From NCBI GenBank assembly GCA_000004695.1, contig CM000155.2:1664001-1728000 (forward strand): a stretch of DNA of 64,000 nt, read 5' to 3'. This DNA is from Dictyostelium discoideum. Taxonomy: Eukaryota. A program made the position numbers and the translations under genes. The notes beneath the pieces are model-generated. The model did not search any database, was not told the origin of the DNA, and saw only the letters and a list, made by a program, of their open reading frames with translations. Below, piece by piece: positions 1-11,387 of this stretch (its first letter is position 1; every line of letters begins with the position of its first letter).

Positions 1-44
1 TGATATTAAAATGTTAATTTATGGATTTTTTGGTCTTCTAAATA

Positions 45-57
45 GGGAGTCGATCCC
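45..57 (-). promoter_or_regulatory. Candidate external B box (ex-B) about 32 bp downstream of tRNA-Cys (minus-strand GGGATCGACTCCC)
   Basis: 8/11 match to the internal B box GGTTCGAATCC. Dictyostelium tRNA genes often carry a downstream ex-B box (established knowledge). Confidence 0.4.
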
Positions 58-88
58 TTGACCTCAGGTTCACACAACTAAAAATGAA

Positions 89-160
89 AGTTCCGAACCA
101 GGATTGAACTGGCGACCTAACGATTTGCAGTCGCTTGCTCTTCCACTGAGCTATCGAAAC
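89..160 (-). tRNA. tRNA-Cys (anticodon GCA), 72 nt
   Basis: Reverse complement reads GTTTCGATAGCTCAGTGGAAGAGCAAGCGACTGCAAATCGTTAGGTCGCCAGTTCAATCCTGGTTCGGAACT. It has a 7-bp acceptor stem (GTTTCGA/TCGGAAC with one G:T pair), D and T arms, anticodon loop CTGCAAA and a B-box-like GGTTCAATCC... motif (AGTTCAATCCTGG). Confidence 0.85.
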
Positions 161-227
161 TTCTTGAAAAAAAAATTTTTTTTTTCGTATCTGGCGCCGA
201 TTAAAGATAAAAAAAAAATTAACAGAG

Positions 228-2382
228 ATGGAAGACAGAATCGAAGAATATGAGGTTAAGCTAGCAATAGAAAAGATAGCAGAAGGTAAATCACCAGGAG
301 AAGATGGAATAACATCTTCATTCTATAAAATCCACCAACACAAACTAATTCCAATCCTCACAGAACTATTCAACTTCTTTTTAAACAATGAAATTCCAAC
401 AGAATTCAAGAACGGTATCCTTACATCAATATACAAAGGTAAAGGGGATGTCTTGGAAATCTCAAACAGAAGACCAATAACGTTACTCAACGTAGACTAC
501 AAAATCTACTCAAAAATAATCAACAATAGAATACTAAAAATCCTGCCAAACATAATCTCAAAGTACCAGAACGGTTTTATACCAGGAAGGCTACTCCACA
601 ACAACATTATAGCTTTGGATTTAGCAATGGAAAAGAGTGATAGAAACACGATAATCACCTTTTATGACTTCGAAAAAGCCTTCGATTCAATATCTCATAA
701 AGCGTTAATAAGGACTCTAAACCATCTAAAGTTCCCTCGGAAAATAACAAACACAATACTAAGCATGTTAACGAACACCAACATAAGGGTCATGGTAAAT
801 GGACAACTCTCTGAATCCTTCAGAGCAGGAAGAGGTACAAAACAGGGCGACCCAATTTCACCAACTCTCTTCGCTATAGTATGTGAATGCTTATCAACAT
901 CAATAAGAAAAGACAATACCATAATAGGCATAAAACTCAATCAGAACAATTCGATGAAGATTGGACAATATGCAGACGACACAGTCACACTAGCCAGTAA
1001 CATAGATGACGCAGATAAAATGGATATGAAAGTTATAAAATTTTGCCAAGCCACAGCAGCAAAAATAAACGATAATAAATGTGTGTGCATCACTAAAAAC
1101 CCAAAGATAAAGACCAAATATAAGACAATTGGGGCGAAAGAAGAAGAAAGATATCTTGGCTTTTTCTTCAACCGCAAAGGTGTAATAAGCAAAGTAGATG
1201 ATACGGTGAACAAACTGGAAAACCTCACAAAATGCTATTCGAGCGTGTCATCAACGCTAAAAGGTAGAATCACAATCCTCAAATCATACCTGCTGTCCCA
1301 ACTAACATTCCAACTATACATCAACGAAATAAATGACATAAAGAAACTGGAGAACGTTAATGCCAACATGTTATTCAAAGGGGACAGGTGGGCTATCTCA
1401 AAAGAAAGGAGCAGAAGAGACTATGAAATTGGAGGCCTGGAACTCTGGAATATGGCAACCAGATCCAATGCCCAGAAAGCATGGATATACGAACAATACC
1501 TCAGAGAAAAAGACGACCAGAACTGCCCTCCACATATGGAAGTCTGGAAGTCGGAAAAAGAAAACTCACTATCAAGGATTCACATCAAATGCTGGAAAGC
1601 CTGGAAGTTGTTGCACCACCCAAGAGAGCGAATAACTCTCAAACTAAACCAAGTCAAACCCAAATACGAAAACAAACAAAAATTAAAAGTAATCTATAGA
1701 AACATGATGGATATCAAATACAAGGGATGGAACAAACACCAGCCAACAACAGGTCAAAAACTGATTCAAAAGAACATTAATCACCCAATTCTACCATTCA
1801 GAGAAGCCAGATCAATCACAACTATCAAAGGAAGAGACTTAGCATGGAGATATCTACTCAAGGCACTTCCAAAACACCATGGGGAGAATTGCCACTCATG
1901 TAAAGAAGAAGAATCGTCTATGCACATCTTCTTCGAATGCAAATCAATAAAACAGAATATCGACTCAATCTATCAAAAGGTCTGTAAAGACTCCAACAAC
2001 ACTTACCACGGTCCATGGAGCGAAAAAGTTCTCGGAAAACTACTCACACCATTCTCATCAAATCTGATAGGAGCCATTATGGAATCGATATGGTACAGAA
2101 GAAATCAAATAAAATTCAACGATAACACTACAATAATAACAGAGAACCAAATAATTCATAAAATCAAAAAAGCGAGAGATGCCGAATGGGATAGAACAAG
2201 AAAGATAGTAGAAAAACAACTACGTCAAGAACTAAGATGCACTGATAACCGAGAGTCAATCAATCGGACCGCATCAATAAAAAGAAGACTCGAAAAATTC
2301 AGCCACAACTGGAACTCGAAACTCATGACCATAAACATCCCGGAACACTTCATACCATACTGCTCATATAACACCAACTACT

Positions 2383-2387
<5 letters not shown>
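228..2387 (+). CDS. Retrotransposon ORF2 fragment (RT domain + CCHC zinc knuckle); no APE endonuclease domain, so 5'-truncated
   Basis: 719-aa ORF from the track. RT motifs and a CX2CX8HX4C zinc knuckle are present. The ORF begins inside the RT domain. Confidence 0.85.
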
Positions 2388-2421
<34 letters not shown>

Positions 2422-2544
2422 ATAACAATAATAATAATAATAATAATATAATAATAATAATAATATAATAATAATAATATAATAATAATAATAATATAAT
2501 AATAATAATAATAAAAAAAAAAATAAGAATAACAAGAAAAAAAG

Positions 2545-2577
<33 letters not shown>
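2388..2577 (+). repeat. Poly(A) followed by (ATA/TAA)n microsatellite and poly(A): the 3' tail of the retroelement
   Basis: A30 run, then about 100 bp of (taa/ata)n, then A-rich runs ending at 2577. Confidence 0.8.
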
Positions 2578-2579
<2 letters not shown>

Positions 2580-2807
2580 AATTAACTTTCCTGGGACACC
2601 CTCAAATTGAGTGATGTTATTAAAAAAAAAAAAAAGCCGATTAAAAATTTTTTAAATGTTTTTTAATAAATTCTTAAATAATTTATATTATCAGTTTTAT
2701 TAATAGATTTTATGTAACGAAACTTTTTTATTATATATTAAGTTTTGTTATATTATTTTTTTTTTAATTAACATAAAAAACAAAAAAAAAAAAAATTAAA
2801 AAATCGG

Positions 2808-2840
<33 letters not shown>

Positions 2841-2853
2841 CAATTATTTTAAA

Positions 2854-3126
2854 ATGAATAAAATATTAATCAGGAATTTTTGTACAAATATAAAAAATGA
2901 ATCAACAAAACCTTTAATAGATAATATATATAAAAATATATTAAAAGATAATTTTAAAATTGTAGAAATTAAAGACTGTAAAAACAATAGAGGTTTATTT
3001 TATAATCCAATAGAATCACCAACACAAACCTTATCAGTTATAAATCCCAAAACTAATAAACCCAATCTAATCTTTAAAGAAGAACCTTTTATAAGCTATC
3101 CTTCAATTATAAAATCAAATGAAAAT
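2854..3126 (+). CDS. SET and MYND domain (SMYD-like) protein, exon 1
   Basis: ORF ending at a GTGTGT donor. It is followed by a 105-bp AT-rich intron (or 99 bp if the donor is at 3133) ending TATAG at 3231. Frame is preserved into exon 2. Confidence 0.6.
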
Positions 3127-3231
3127 GTGTGTGTGTATTTTTAATAATAAATAATAATTAAAAAGAAAAAAAAAAAAATTAAAACTAAAAAATAATTATA
3201 TATATATATATATATATAAATATATTTATAG

Positions 3232-3990
3232 ATATGTAATCATTGTTTAAAAGAAATTAAAAAAGAAGAAGAAGAAATTAAACAAGAATGTGAAGAATGT
3301 AAAGTTTATAAATATTGTTCAATTGAATGTAAAGAGAAATCATCAATTGAATATCATAGTGTTTTATGTAAATCAACAGGATCAGGATTTAATTATTTAG
3401 AGAAACATGCATCGATAGAGAAGAGGAGATTTCCATTATTAGCAGGTAAAATATTAGCAAGAATGATAATGGGATATCATTTAGAGAAATCATCAAAATC
3501 AACATGGTTACCATTACAAATGTTATCATTTGCAAAGAAACCACCACCATTAGAATGGAAAGATGATTATTTAATTTTCTCAAGATCATTATTAAAAGGT
3601 ATTAATAATGAAAGTATGAAAAAGAAATTCGATTATGATTGGTTCGTTAGAGTAATGCAAATTCTTTACTTGAATACAATTGGTATTGATATTGATCCAA
3701 ATCAACAAAGCACCAAAATGTCATCACCAGAGTCTGGAATTGGTCTTTATTTACTTACATCATTCATCAATCATGATTGTGACCCAAATGCATTCATTCA
3801 TTTCCCTGATGATCATACGATGCATTTATCACCACTTAAACCAATTAATCCAGGTGATGAAATTACAATCTCTTATACTGATACAACAAAAGATTTAGTT
3901 GATAGAAGATCACAATTATTTGAAAATTATGGTTTTAATTGTGAATGTAAAAAATGTTTAAATGATTTATTAATTAAAAGAAATAAATAA
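3232..3990 (+). CDS. SMYD-like protein, exon 2 (MYND zinc finger CNHC...CEEC...YCSIEC...H..C; SET core NHDCDPN; post-SET CECKKC)
   Basis: Translation ICNHCLKEIKKEEEEIKQECEECKVYKYCSIECKEKSSIEYHSVLC ... FINHDCDPNAF ... ENYGFNCECKKC. Confidence 0.7.
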   Translation: MCNHCLKEIKKEEEEIKQECEECKVYKYCSIECKEKSSIEYHSVLCKSTGSGFNYLEKHASIEKRRFPLLAGKILARMIMGYHLEKSSKSTWLPLQMLSFAKKPPPLEWKDDYLIFSRSLLKGINNESMKKKFDYDWFVRVMQILYLNTIGIDIDPNQQSTKMSSPESGIGLYLLTSFINHDCDPNAFIHFPDDHTMHLSPLKPINPGDEITISYTDTTKDLVDRRSQLFENYGFNCECKKCLNDLLIKRNK

Positions 3991-4117
3991 AATAAAATAA
4001 TATTTAAATATATATAAAAAGAAGATAAAATGTTTTTATTTAATAATATTATTTTACCATATGGTGGTGGTAGTGGTGGTGGTGGTGGTGTAATTGTTGT
4101 AATTTTTTTTAAAAATT

Positions 4118-5979
4118 TTAATTTAAATATTTTTTTAACCATAATGAAATATTAACCCATTGATCTAAACGAGCATCAATTGAATCAAGACTATGACCAG
4201 TTTTTGGATACATTAAACATTTTGTTGGTACATCTCTTTCTCTTAACATACGATAATATAATAAACCTTGAGAAGGTGGAACACGAAGATCTGAATCACC
4301 TAAAGCTAATAATGATGGAATTTTGATGTTTTCAATATGGAAACTTGGTGAACATTTTCTCATTTTTTCAATTTCTTCCATTGATGGTAATGTATGATAT
4401 TGAGAGGTTGGATCAGAGAGATTAATACCAGCTTCAAAGAAACACCAATCTGGAATATCGGATAAGGTTGACATTGATGGAATATCGATTACAGGATTTC
4501 TCATGATTGAAGTTTTGACAATTGGGAATCTACTTAGATGTGCTGATAAGAAACCACCATGACTACCACCAATAACACCAATTTTATTTCTATCGATTGT
4601 ATTATCGATTTTATCGAGTGTGTAATTAATTGCTTGAACACAATCGTCAACATCCAAATCACCAATATAACCTGGTAAACAATCTACGAAATCTTTACCA
4701 TAACCTGTTGAACCTCTATAATTTGGAATTATAATATTATAACCCAATGAGAGTAAATAAGTGATTGTTGAAACATAACCAACATCTAAATTTGAATGTG
4801 GACCACCATGAATGAAAACTAAACAACCCAATGGTGAAGATTGTGTACTATTTTTATTCTTTAAGTAAATCAATTCAAATGATTTAATTGACTCTGTGTA
4901 TGGTTGTGGTGTTGGTTTTGATACTGGTACATTATGAATGGTTGCATTAAATGATTTGAAAATTGAATTACATTGTTCACTTGGTTTTGGTGAGTAAATT
5001 AATTGTTTCTCTTTATCACTACCCAAATAATCAACTAAATAAACTTTAGTTGGTTGATTTACTGATGATTCACCAATTAAATATTTCTTTGATTTAAAAT
5101 CAATATCATATAAAACATAAAGTTTTGGTTCTTCGTCACCACCATCAGTTGATGATGGAATTTTAATAATTTTCAATTCCTTTGATTCATAATTAAAAGA
5201 AACAATCATTTCAGTTGATCTAATAATTGTTGAAAATAAAAATGTTTTTTCATCAATAAATGGTCTCTCTGGTAATGATTGACAGAAAACACCTGGGAAT
5301 GAATCATTAAAATTCTTATAATCCAACAATGTTTCAAATGATTGTGGTGGTTGTTGTTGTTGAGTGATATTGTTTGAAGACCAATTTAAAGAGAAAATCT
5401 TTGAACAAGTATCATGAGCATAAATTCTTTCGTTAAAACCCAAGAAAATTAATTTTGAAGAATCTGGTGTAAAACGTGGTGATCTATAACAACCATTATT
5501 ACCATTTGGAATTAAATTTACAATTTGCAATGGTGTTGTTAATTTGGTTTGTTTTGGATCCAATTTTTGGTTCTCTTTCCATTGATTTCTAGCATTAATA
5601 AACTCTTTGAAATTTAAATGATACAATGAACTTGATCTATTGAAACATGCTCTAATACCAAGTTTTCTTTTACCAAAATTCCAACCAACATAAACTAATC
5701 CCTCACCATTTGGTGTCCAAATGACTTGACCTGCTGATATCTTTTCAGATGGGAATGGTTCAACTGGGAATACAACCTCCTTTTCAATATCTAATATAAA
5801 TATTGATGGATTTGCAACTGGTGAATAAGTTTCACCCCAATCATCTCTAAATACAAATTGATCACCAATAGCTTTATCTTTTGGTTCCTTATCAAAAAAT
5901 CCTGTTACATTTAATTTTGAATCTGCAATAAATGCTACATATTTCTCACATGGTGACCATGAAAAACTACCAAACCATT
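4118..5979 (-). CDS. Acylamino-acid-releasing enzyme / acylaminoacyl peptidase (S9C prolyl oligopeptidase family), exon 2
   Basis: GFSWSPCEKYVAFIA, GDQFVF..DWGE, GGPHS, YRGSTGYG and GGSHGG (catalytic Ser motif) align along the length with APEH. The N-terminal MEFLLILFIFFFFKKKK of the tracked ORF is read-through of the intron. Confidence 0.8.
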
Positions 5980-6073
5980 CTTTTTTTTTTTTAAAAAAAA
6001 AAAAAATAAATAAAATTAATAAAAATTCCATTATTATTATTATTATTATTATTAAATTTTATTAATTACAAAC

Positions 6074-6506
6074 CATCATTTAAAATTTTTTTATGAATAT
6101 CTTTTGAAGTAATTGAAGTAATTAAATGTGAACCATCAGTAATATCAAAAGAGAATTCGAATTCAGTTGAAGGGTTCTCTTTAATTGTTAAAACTTTCTT
6201 ATGTGATGGTGATACTGATATGATTGAAGTTGCTAATTCTTGTTGAATTGCTGATGAAATTACTTGGTTTTTCTTTGATGATGATGATGAATCTTTTAAA
6301 ATTGTTTTTTGTGACATATAAAATTTAGTTTTCTTATTGGTGATATCAATTTGAGATACAATGATTGATGCTGATGTTTGATTTTCATTACTTTCATCAT
6401 TGTTTGTAAAAAATGCGTTGTTGACTGTTGGAATTGATAATAACTCCCTGTAAACTTTAGTTGTATCTTCTCTATACTTTATTTCTTGTTCACTTAAACT
6501 TTCCAT
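6074..6506 (-). CDS. Acylaminoacyl peptidase, exon 1
   Basis: MESLSEQEIKYREDTTKVYRELLSIP resembles the APEH N-terminus. A phase-1 GTTTGT donor at 6073 and an AG acceptor at 5981/5980 give a 94-bp intron and the junction ...ILND-E-WFGSFSWS, which parallels human ...DDCFGCLSWS. Confidence 0.65.
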
Positions 6507-7354
6507 CTTTTATGTCTCTTTTTGAAAAAAAATTAAAAAAATAAAAAAAATTAAAAAAATTAAAAAATTAATTTAAACCACCACTTATTAAAAAAAAAAA
6601 ATAAAAAAAATAAAAAATTAAAAAAAAATAAAAATAAATTAAATTGCGAACTTAAAAAAAAAAATTCTCACACAAACTACCTTTCATAATTTTTTTTTTT
6701 TTTTTTTTTTTTTGTCAATAAATTAATCAATTAAAGATCTTTGATTTAACTCATATTTTTTTTTTAAAAAAAATAATAAAAAATAAAATTTAATAATTGT
6801 TTTAAAGGGAATGAAAAACAAATTAAAAAAATTTTTTTTTTTTTTATAAAAAAAAGTGTAAAATCTGAATATTTTTTGTTTAATATCAATAAAAAAAGTA
6901 AAAAAAAAAAAAAATGATTTTCCAAAAAAAATTAGAAAAAAGAAATTTATTAAATGTTAGGGTTAGTTATTTTTTTTCCCCCTCCCGAAAAATTTTAATA
7001 TTTTTAATAATAAAAAAAAAAAAATATGGGTTTTTTTTTCCCGTCCATTATCATATTTGCATCATTTTTTTTTTTTTTTATTTTTTATTTAATTTTTAAT
7101 TTATTTTTTGAGTCAATCCTGAAAAAAAAACCAAAAAAAAAAAAACCAAAAAAAGAAATTAAAAAAAAAAAAAAAAAAAAAAAAACAGTGTTTATATTCT
7201 TTTGATGGTAACCGAAAGAAATCAAAATAACATATAGTTGAAACATAAACTCTTACAATTCTTTAAAAATAATAATAACCCCAAAAAAAATAAAAAAAAT
7301 TAAAAAAATTAAAAAAAAAATAAAAAAAAAAAAAAAAAATAAAAAAATAAAAAA

Positions 7355-9121
7355 ATGATCAGAAACTTAATCAAAACAAAAACAAAAATAAATGAAATTA
7401 AATTTAATAGGAATTTTTTATCAAGTTCAATATTAAAAATAAGAAATCATAATGATGATAGTAATAATATATTATTTTCAAATTCAAATACCATTGAAAT
7501 TCAAAATCTCCCATTAAATATAACAACAACTGATCTATTGAATCAATTTAAAAATTATAAAATATCACCACATGGAATTAAAACAAAATATAATACAGAT
7601 AAAGGATTTGCTTATATTACCTTTGAAAATAATCAAGATTTTATGAAAGCAATAGACAAGAAATTAATTTCATTCAATAATTTAAATTATTCAATTGAAC
7701 CAATTAAACAATCATTATCATCCTTATTATTATCATCATCATCAAATGAAGAAGAAGAAGTAACAACAACAACTAGTGAAACTATAAATACAAAAGTTGT
7801 TCAACACGAAAATGTAAATATAATATCATCATTAAATTCAAATCATTATAATCATTCAATATCGTATCCAAATCAGTCAGCTATTACTCAACAATTATGG
7901 TTTGCAAGAGTTAGTAAAGAAGTTAATCCAGCAATAACTGAAGCACCAAAGTTAACAACAAAAACACCAGAAGAGAGTAAAGTTGAGGTGATTTTACCAT
8001 TTAGTAGTGATTTACAATTACGTGAAAATTATTTATCCCCATATGGTAATTTAAGAATCGGTAGATTCTTGGAAGATTTAGATGCAATTGCTACAGCTGT
8101 AGCTTTTAAACATGGTGAGAATGAGAATGACGGTTATAAGAAAATGTTTGTAACTGTATCAGTTGATACAATTAAAATTCTTAGACCCTTAATTCCAGAT
8201 AGGGATATTAAAATGGAGGCTAAATTATCATGGGTTGGTAATAGTTCAATGGAGATCATGATTAGAGTTTTCTCAAAAGATAATGACAAAACTCAACAAT
8301 GGGATCCTGTCCTAGTCGCATTCTTTACAATGGTTGGTGTAGATCCAAAAACAATGAAACCAACACTTATCAACTCATTAAAAGTTGAAACTCCAACAGA
8401 GAGGAGACTATTCGCTGAAGGTGAACAACATAAATTACAACGTTTAAATTCAAATCAGCAATCACTTGAAAAATTACCACCAACTCCAACTGAATTACAA
8501 ACTATTCATAATCTATTCATGATTTCAAAACAACAACACCAATCATCAGATGTTGTTGATAGAAATTTCATTCCAATGAATTCAACAAGTTTAGAAACTG
8601 TTATTTTATGTCAACCTCAAGAAAAGAATATTAACGGTCAAATTTTTGGTGGTTATTTAATGAGAATGGCATTTGAAACTGCTTATACAACTTGTTTTAT
8701 GAAGTTTCCAGAATCATTACCAAGATTTAGAAGTATTAGTGGTTTGAAATTCCTTAAACCTGTTGAAATTGGTGATATTCTTAATATGGAATCAACCATT
8801 ACCTACTCAAAGCCAATGAACTCTGAAGATGATTGTGAAAATCAAACTTATTATACTCAAGTAGAAGTTTTAGCCTATGTCACCGACCCTTCCATTGGTG
8901 AAAAAAAACTTTCAAATGTTTTTAATTTCACTTTTTATTGTGCTCCTTCAAAATCTCAAAAAGAAAAATTACAACAACAAAATACAAACAAAAAATTAAA
9001 ACAAATTTTACCTCAAACTTATTCCGAAGCAATGCGTTATTTAACTGGAAAAAGAATTATTGATAGTTATATAGAATTTGATCAATCACCTTCTAAAATG
9101 GATATTTTTAAAAATGAATAA
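7355..9121 (+). CDS. Acyl-CoA thioesterase (ACOT9-like, tandem hotdog domains) with an N-terminal presequence-like region and an RRM-like segment
   Basis: ILCQPQEKNINGQIFGGYLMRMAFETAYTTC and RIGRFLEDLDAIATAVAF match the two hotdog folds of ACOT9/10. The N-terminal ...IEIQNLP...KGFAYITFENNQDFMKAI looks like RNP2/RNP1. Confidence 0.7.
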   Translation: MIRNLIKTKTKINEIKFNRNFLSSSILKIRNHNDDSNNILFSNSNTIEIQNLPLNITTTDLLNQFKNYKISPHGIKTKYNTDKGFAYITFENNQDFMKAIDKKLISFNNLNYSIEPIKQSLSSLLLSSSSNEEEEVTTTTSETINTKVVQHENVNIISSLNSNHYNHSISYPNQSAITQQLWFARVSKEVNPAITEAPKLTTKTPEESKVEVILPFSSDLQLRENYLSPYGNLRIGRFLEDLDAIATAVAFKHGENENDGYKKMFVTVSVDTIKILRPLIPDRDIKMEAKLSWVGNSSMEIMIRVFSKDNDKTQQWDPVLVAFFTMVGVDPKTMKPTLINSLKVETPTERRLFAEGEQHKLQRLNSNQQSLEKLPPTPTELQTIHNLFMISKQQHQSSDVVDRNFIPMNSTSLETVILCQPQEKNINGQIFGGYLMRMAFETAYTTCFMKFPESLPRFRSISGLKFLKPVEIGDILNMESTITYSKPMNSEDDCENQTYYTQVEVLAYVTDPSIGEKKLSNVFNFTFYCAPSKSQKEKLQQQNTNKKLKQILPQTYSEAMRYLTGKRIIDSYIEFDQSPSKMDIFKNE

Positions 9122-9521
9122 AAAAAAAAAAATACAAATAAAAAAAAAACATTCAAATAAATTAAATTTATTATTATTATTATGTTAGATTAAAAAATTA
9201 AAAAAAAAAATAATTAATTATTTGTGTTACTGTTAAACATTTTGAAAATGAATTTGATGTTAATAATAAAACACATTTTGTAACTGGATGTGTTAGTAAA
9301 ATTAAATAAAGAATTGATTCAGAATAATTTTGAGGTATAATTCTTTTTATTTTTTTTTTTTTAATAATTTTTTTTTTTTTCTATTATTTTTTTTTATTAT
9401 TTTTTTTTTTACAAAACATTTTATGTTATATATATATATTACTATTAAAAAGAAAGAATCTGGAAAAAAAAAAAAATATACCAATTTTTTTTCTTTCTTT
9501 TGTTTTTTTTTTTTTTTTTTT

Positions 9522-9773
9522 TTATTTCCATAATTTGTTGATTGACATATTTTGTTCTGAATCCTTCTTCATAACTTTAGAAACTGCCATTTCAAAATCT
9601 TCTTGAGATACATGAACTCTTCTTTCACGAAGAGCATACATACCAGCTTCAGTACAAACTGCTTTTAATTCTGCACCTGAAGCACCATTCATTTTATCTG
9701 AAATCTTTTTAAGGTTAATTCCTCTTGTTAAATTCATTTTTCTTGAATGGATCTTTAAAATATCTAAACGACC
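9522..9773 (-). CDS. psmC5: 26S proteasome regulatory ATPase subunit Rpt6 (PSMC5), exon 2
   Basis: [21 protein letters not shown]...[26 protein letters not shown] is near-identical to the PSMC5 C-terminus. The acceptor AG lies at 9775/9774. Confidence 0.85.
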   Translation of the reverse strand, partial: GRLDILKIHSRKMNLTRGINLKKISDKMNGASGAELKAVCTEAGMYALRERRVHVSQEDFEMAVSKVMKKDSEQNMSINKLWK

Positions 9774-9905
9774 CTATTTGTTTTTGAAAAAAAAAAAATA
9801 TAAAAAAAGGAATAATAAAGAAATAATAAAGAAATAATAAAAGTTAATTTAAATTATTTTTTTTTTTTGTTTTTTTTTTTTATGAAAAAAAAAAAAAATA
9901 CATAC

Positions 9906-10865
9906 AGCATCACCTGGATTTGGAAATTCAATTTTTCTATCAATTCTACCTGGTCTTAATAAAGCTGGATCTAAAATATCAATACGATTTGTACACATGA
10001 GTACTTTAATGTTTTTAGTACTTTCAAAACCATCCAATTGATTGAGTAACTCTAACATAGTACGTTGAACTTCACTATCACCACCACCGGAACCAGATTC
10101 ACCACGAGATGAACCAATGGAATCGATTTCATCCATGAAAATGATTGAAGGAGCATGTTCTCTAGCCATAATGAATAATTCACGAACCATACGACTACCT
10201 TCACCAATATATTTTTGAACCAATTCGGAACCACTAACTCTAATGAATGTGCAATCGGTATGATGAGCAACGGCACGAGCTAACAAAGTTTTACCAGTAC
10301 CTGGTGGACCATACAAGAGTACACCCTTTGGTTGAGCGATACCTAAACTTTCAAATAACTCTGGATGTTTAATTGGCAACTCAATGACTTCTTTGATCTC
10401 TTTGATTTGTTTATCCAATCCACCAACCATATCATAGGTTGAATCTGGTATCTTTTCAACTTTCATCAAACTGACCAACGGATCAATTTTATTTGGTAAG
10501 ATTCTATGGAGTGTGTAACTTTCATGTTTCAATGCAGCTCTGGTTGATGGTGTTAACTTGGCAATATCAACGGTTGGATCAATATCAACCACGAATTTAC
10601 CCTCTGGATTAACCTTTACCAATACTTTATTCTTTCCCATTAATTTGACTACCTCTGCTACATGTGATCCTGGGTTAGTCAATAATTGTAATTCCTCTTT
10701 TAACATTCTTACACGATTATTTAATTCATTTCTTTGTGCTTCTAATCTTCTTAAATCTTGTGCTTTTTCATTAACTTTAATTTCTAATTCTTCAATCTTT
10801 GAACAATAATATGATTTAATACCTTTTGTTTCATCTTTATTTTGTTGATTATTTTGTGCAACCAT
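9906..10865 (-). CDS. psmC5: 26S proteasome regulatory ATPase subunit Rpt6 (PSMC5), exon 1
   Basis: Walker A GPPGTGKT, Walker [24 protein letters not shown] and a GTATGT donor at 9905. The 132-bp intron is in phase and the total length is 403 aa. Confidence 0.85.
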
Positions 10866-11356
10866 TTTTTTTTTTTTTTTTTTTTTTTTAATTAATTTAA
10901 TTCCTTTTTTTTTTAAAAAAACCCAAATAAAAATTTTTTTATTTTTTCCTCTGAATATTAAATATAATATATATCAAAGTAGGGGGGGGGGTTTTTTTAG
11001 AAAATTTTTTTTATAATGGAAAATTAAAAAAAAAATTTATTAAAATTAAAAAAAAAAATTTATTAAAAAAAAAAAAAAAAATTTAAAAAAATTAATTTAA
11101 ATTTTCCAAATTAAAAAAAAAAAAAAGGTGAACTTGATCATGGAAGTTCACTTGGTGTTTTTTTTTTATTTTTTTTTTTTATTTTTTTAACCCTTTTTTA
11201 TTTAAATTAATATAATTTAAAAAAAATATAAAATATAAATTAAAAAATAACTAATATCAAACAAATAATTTTTTTTTTTTTTTTTTTTTTTTTTCTTAAT
11301 TCTGGAAATTATGAACCGATTTCTCTTTTTTGTGAAAAATTATGAATTACTTGGGA

Positions 11357-11387
<31 letters not shown>

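Larger units (their letters stand above)
205..2577 (+). mobile_element. 5'-truncated non-LTR (TRE5-type, tRNA-gene-targeted) retrotransposon copy with an oligo(A)/(TAA)n tail
   Basis: A single long ORF encodes a reverse transcriptase (FYDFEKAFDSISH, QGDPISPTLF, YADD motifs) plus a C-terminal CCHC finger (CHSCx8Hx4C). It ends in poly(A). Its 5' end lies about 48 bp upstream of the tRNA-Cys 5' end, the canonical TRE5 integration distance. Confidence 0.8.

Noticed and set aside
695-1228. Minus-strand ORFs 695-940 and 941-1228 inside the first retroelement
   Set aside because: They are antisense to the RT coding frame (GEIGSPCF is the mirror of the QGDPISP motif). They are frame artefacts, not genes.
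2350-2535. ORF of poly-L/Y/I/F (61 aa) on the minus strand
   Set aside because: Translation of the poly(A)/(TAA)n retroelement tail.
3927-4142. Small ORF with PPPPPLPPP (minus) between the SMYD and APEH genes
   Set aside because: Antisense of a (GGT)n tract in an intergenic region. No start context or homology.
9330-9533. ORFs in A/T-only spacers (for example 9330-9533, 6914-7099, 11779-11973, 24712-24990, 25393-25665, 27901-28104, 52319-52547)
   Set aside because: Poly-F/K/L/I products of A/T homopolymer-rich intergenic DNA.
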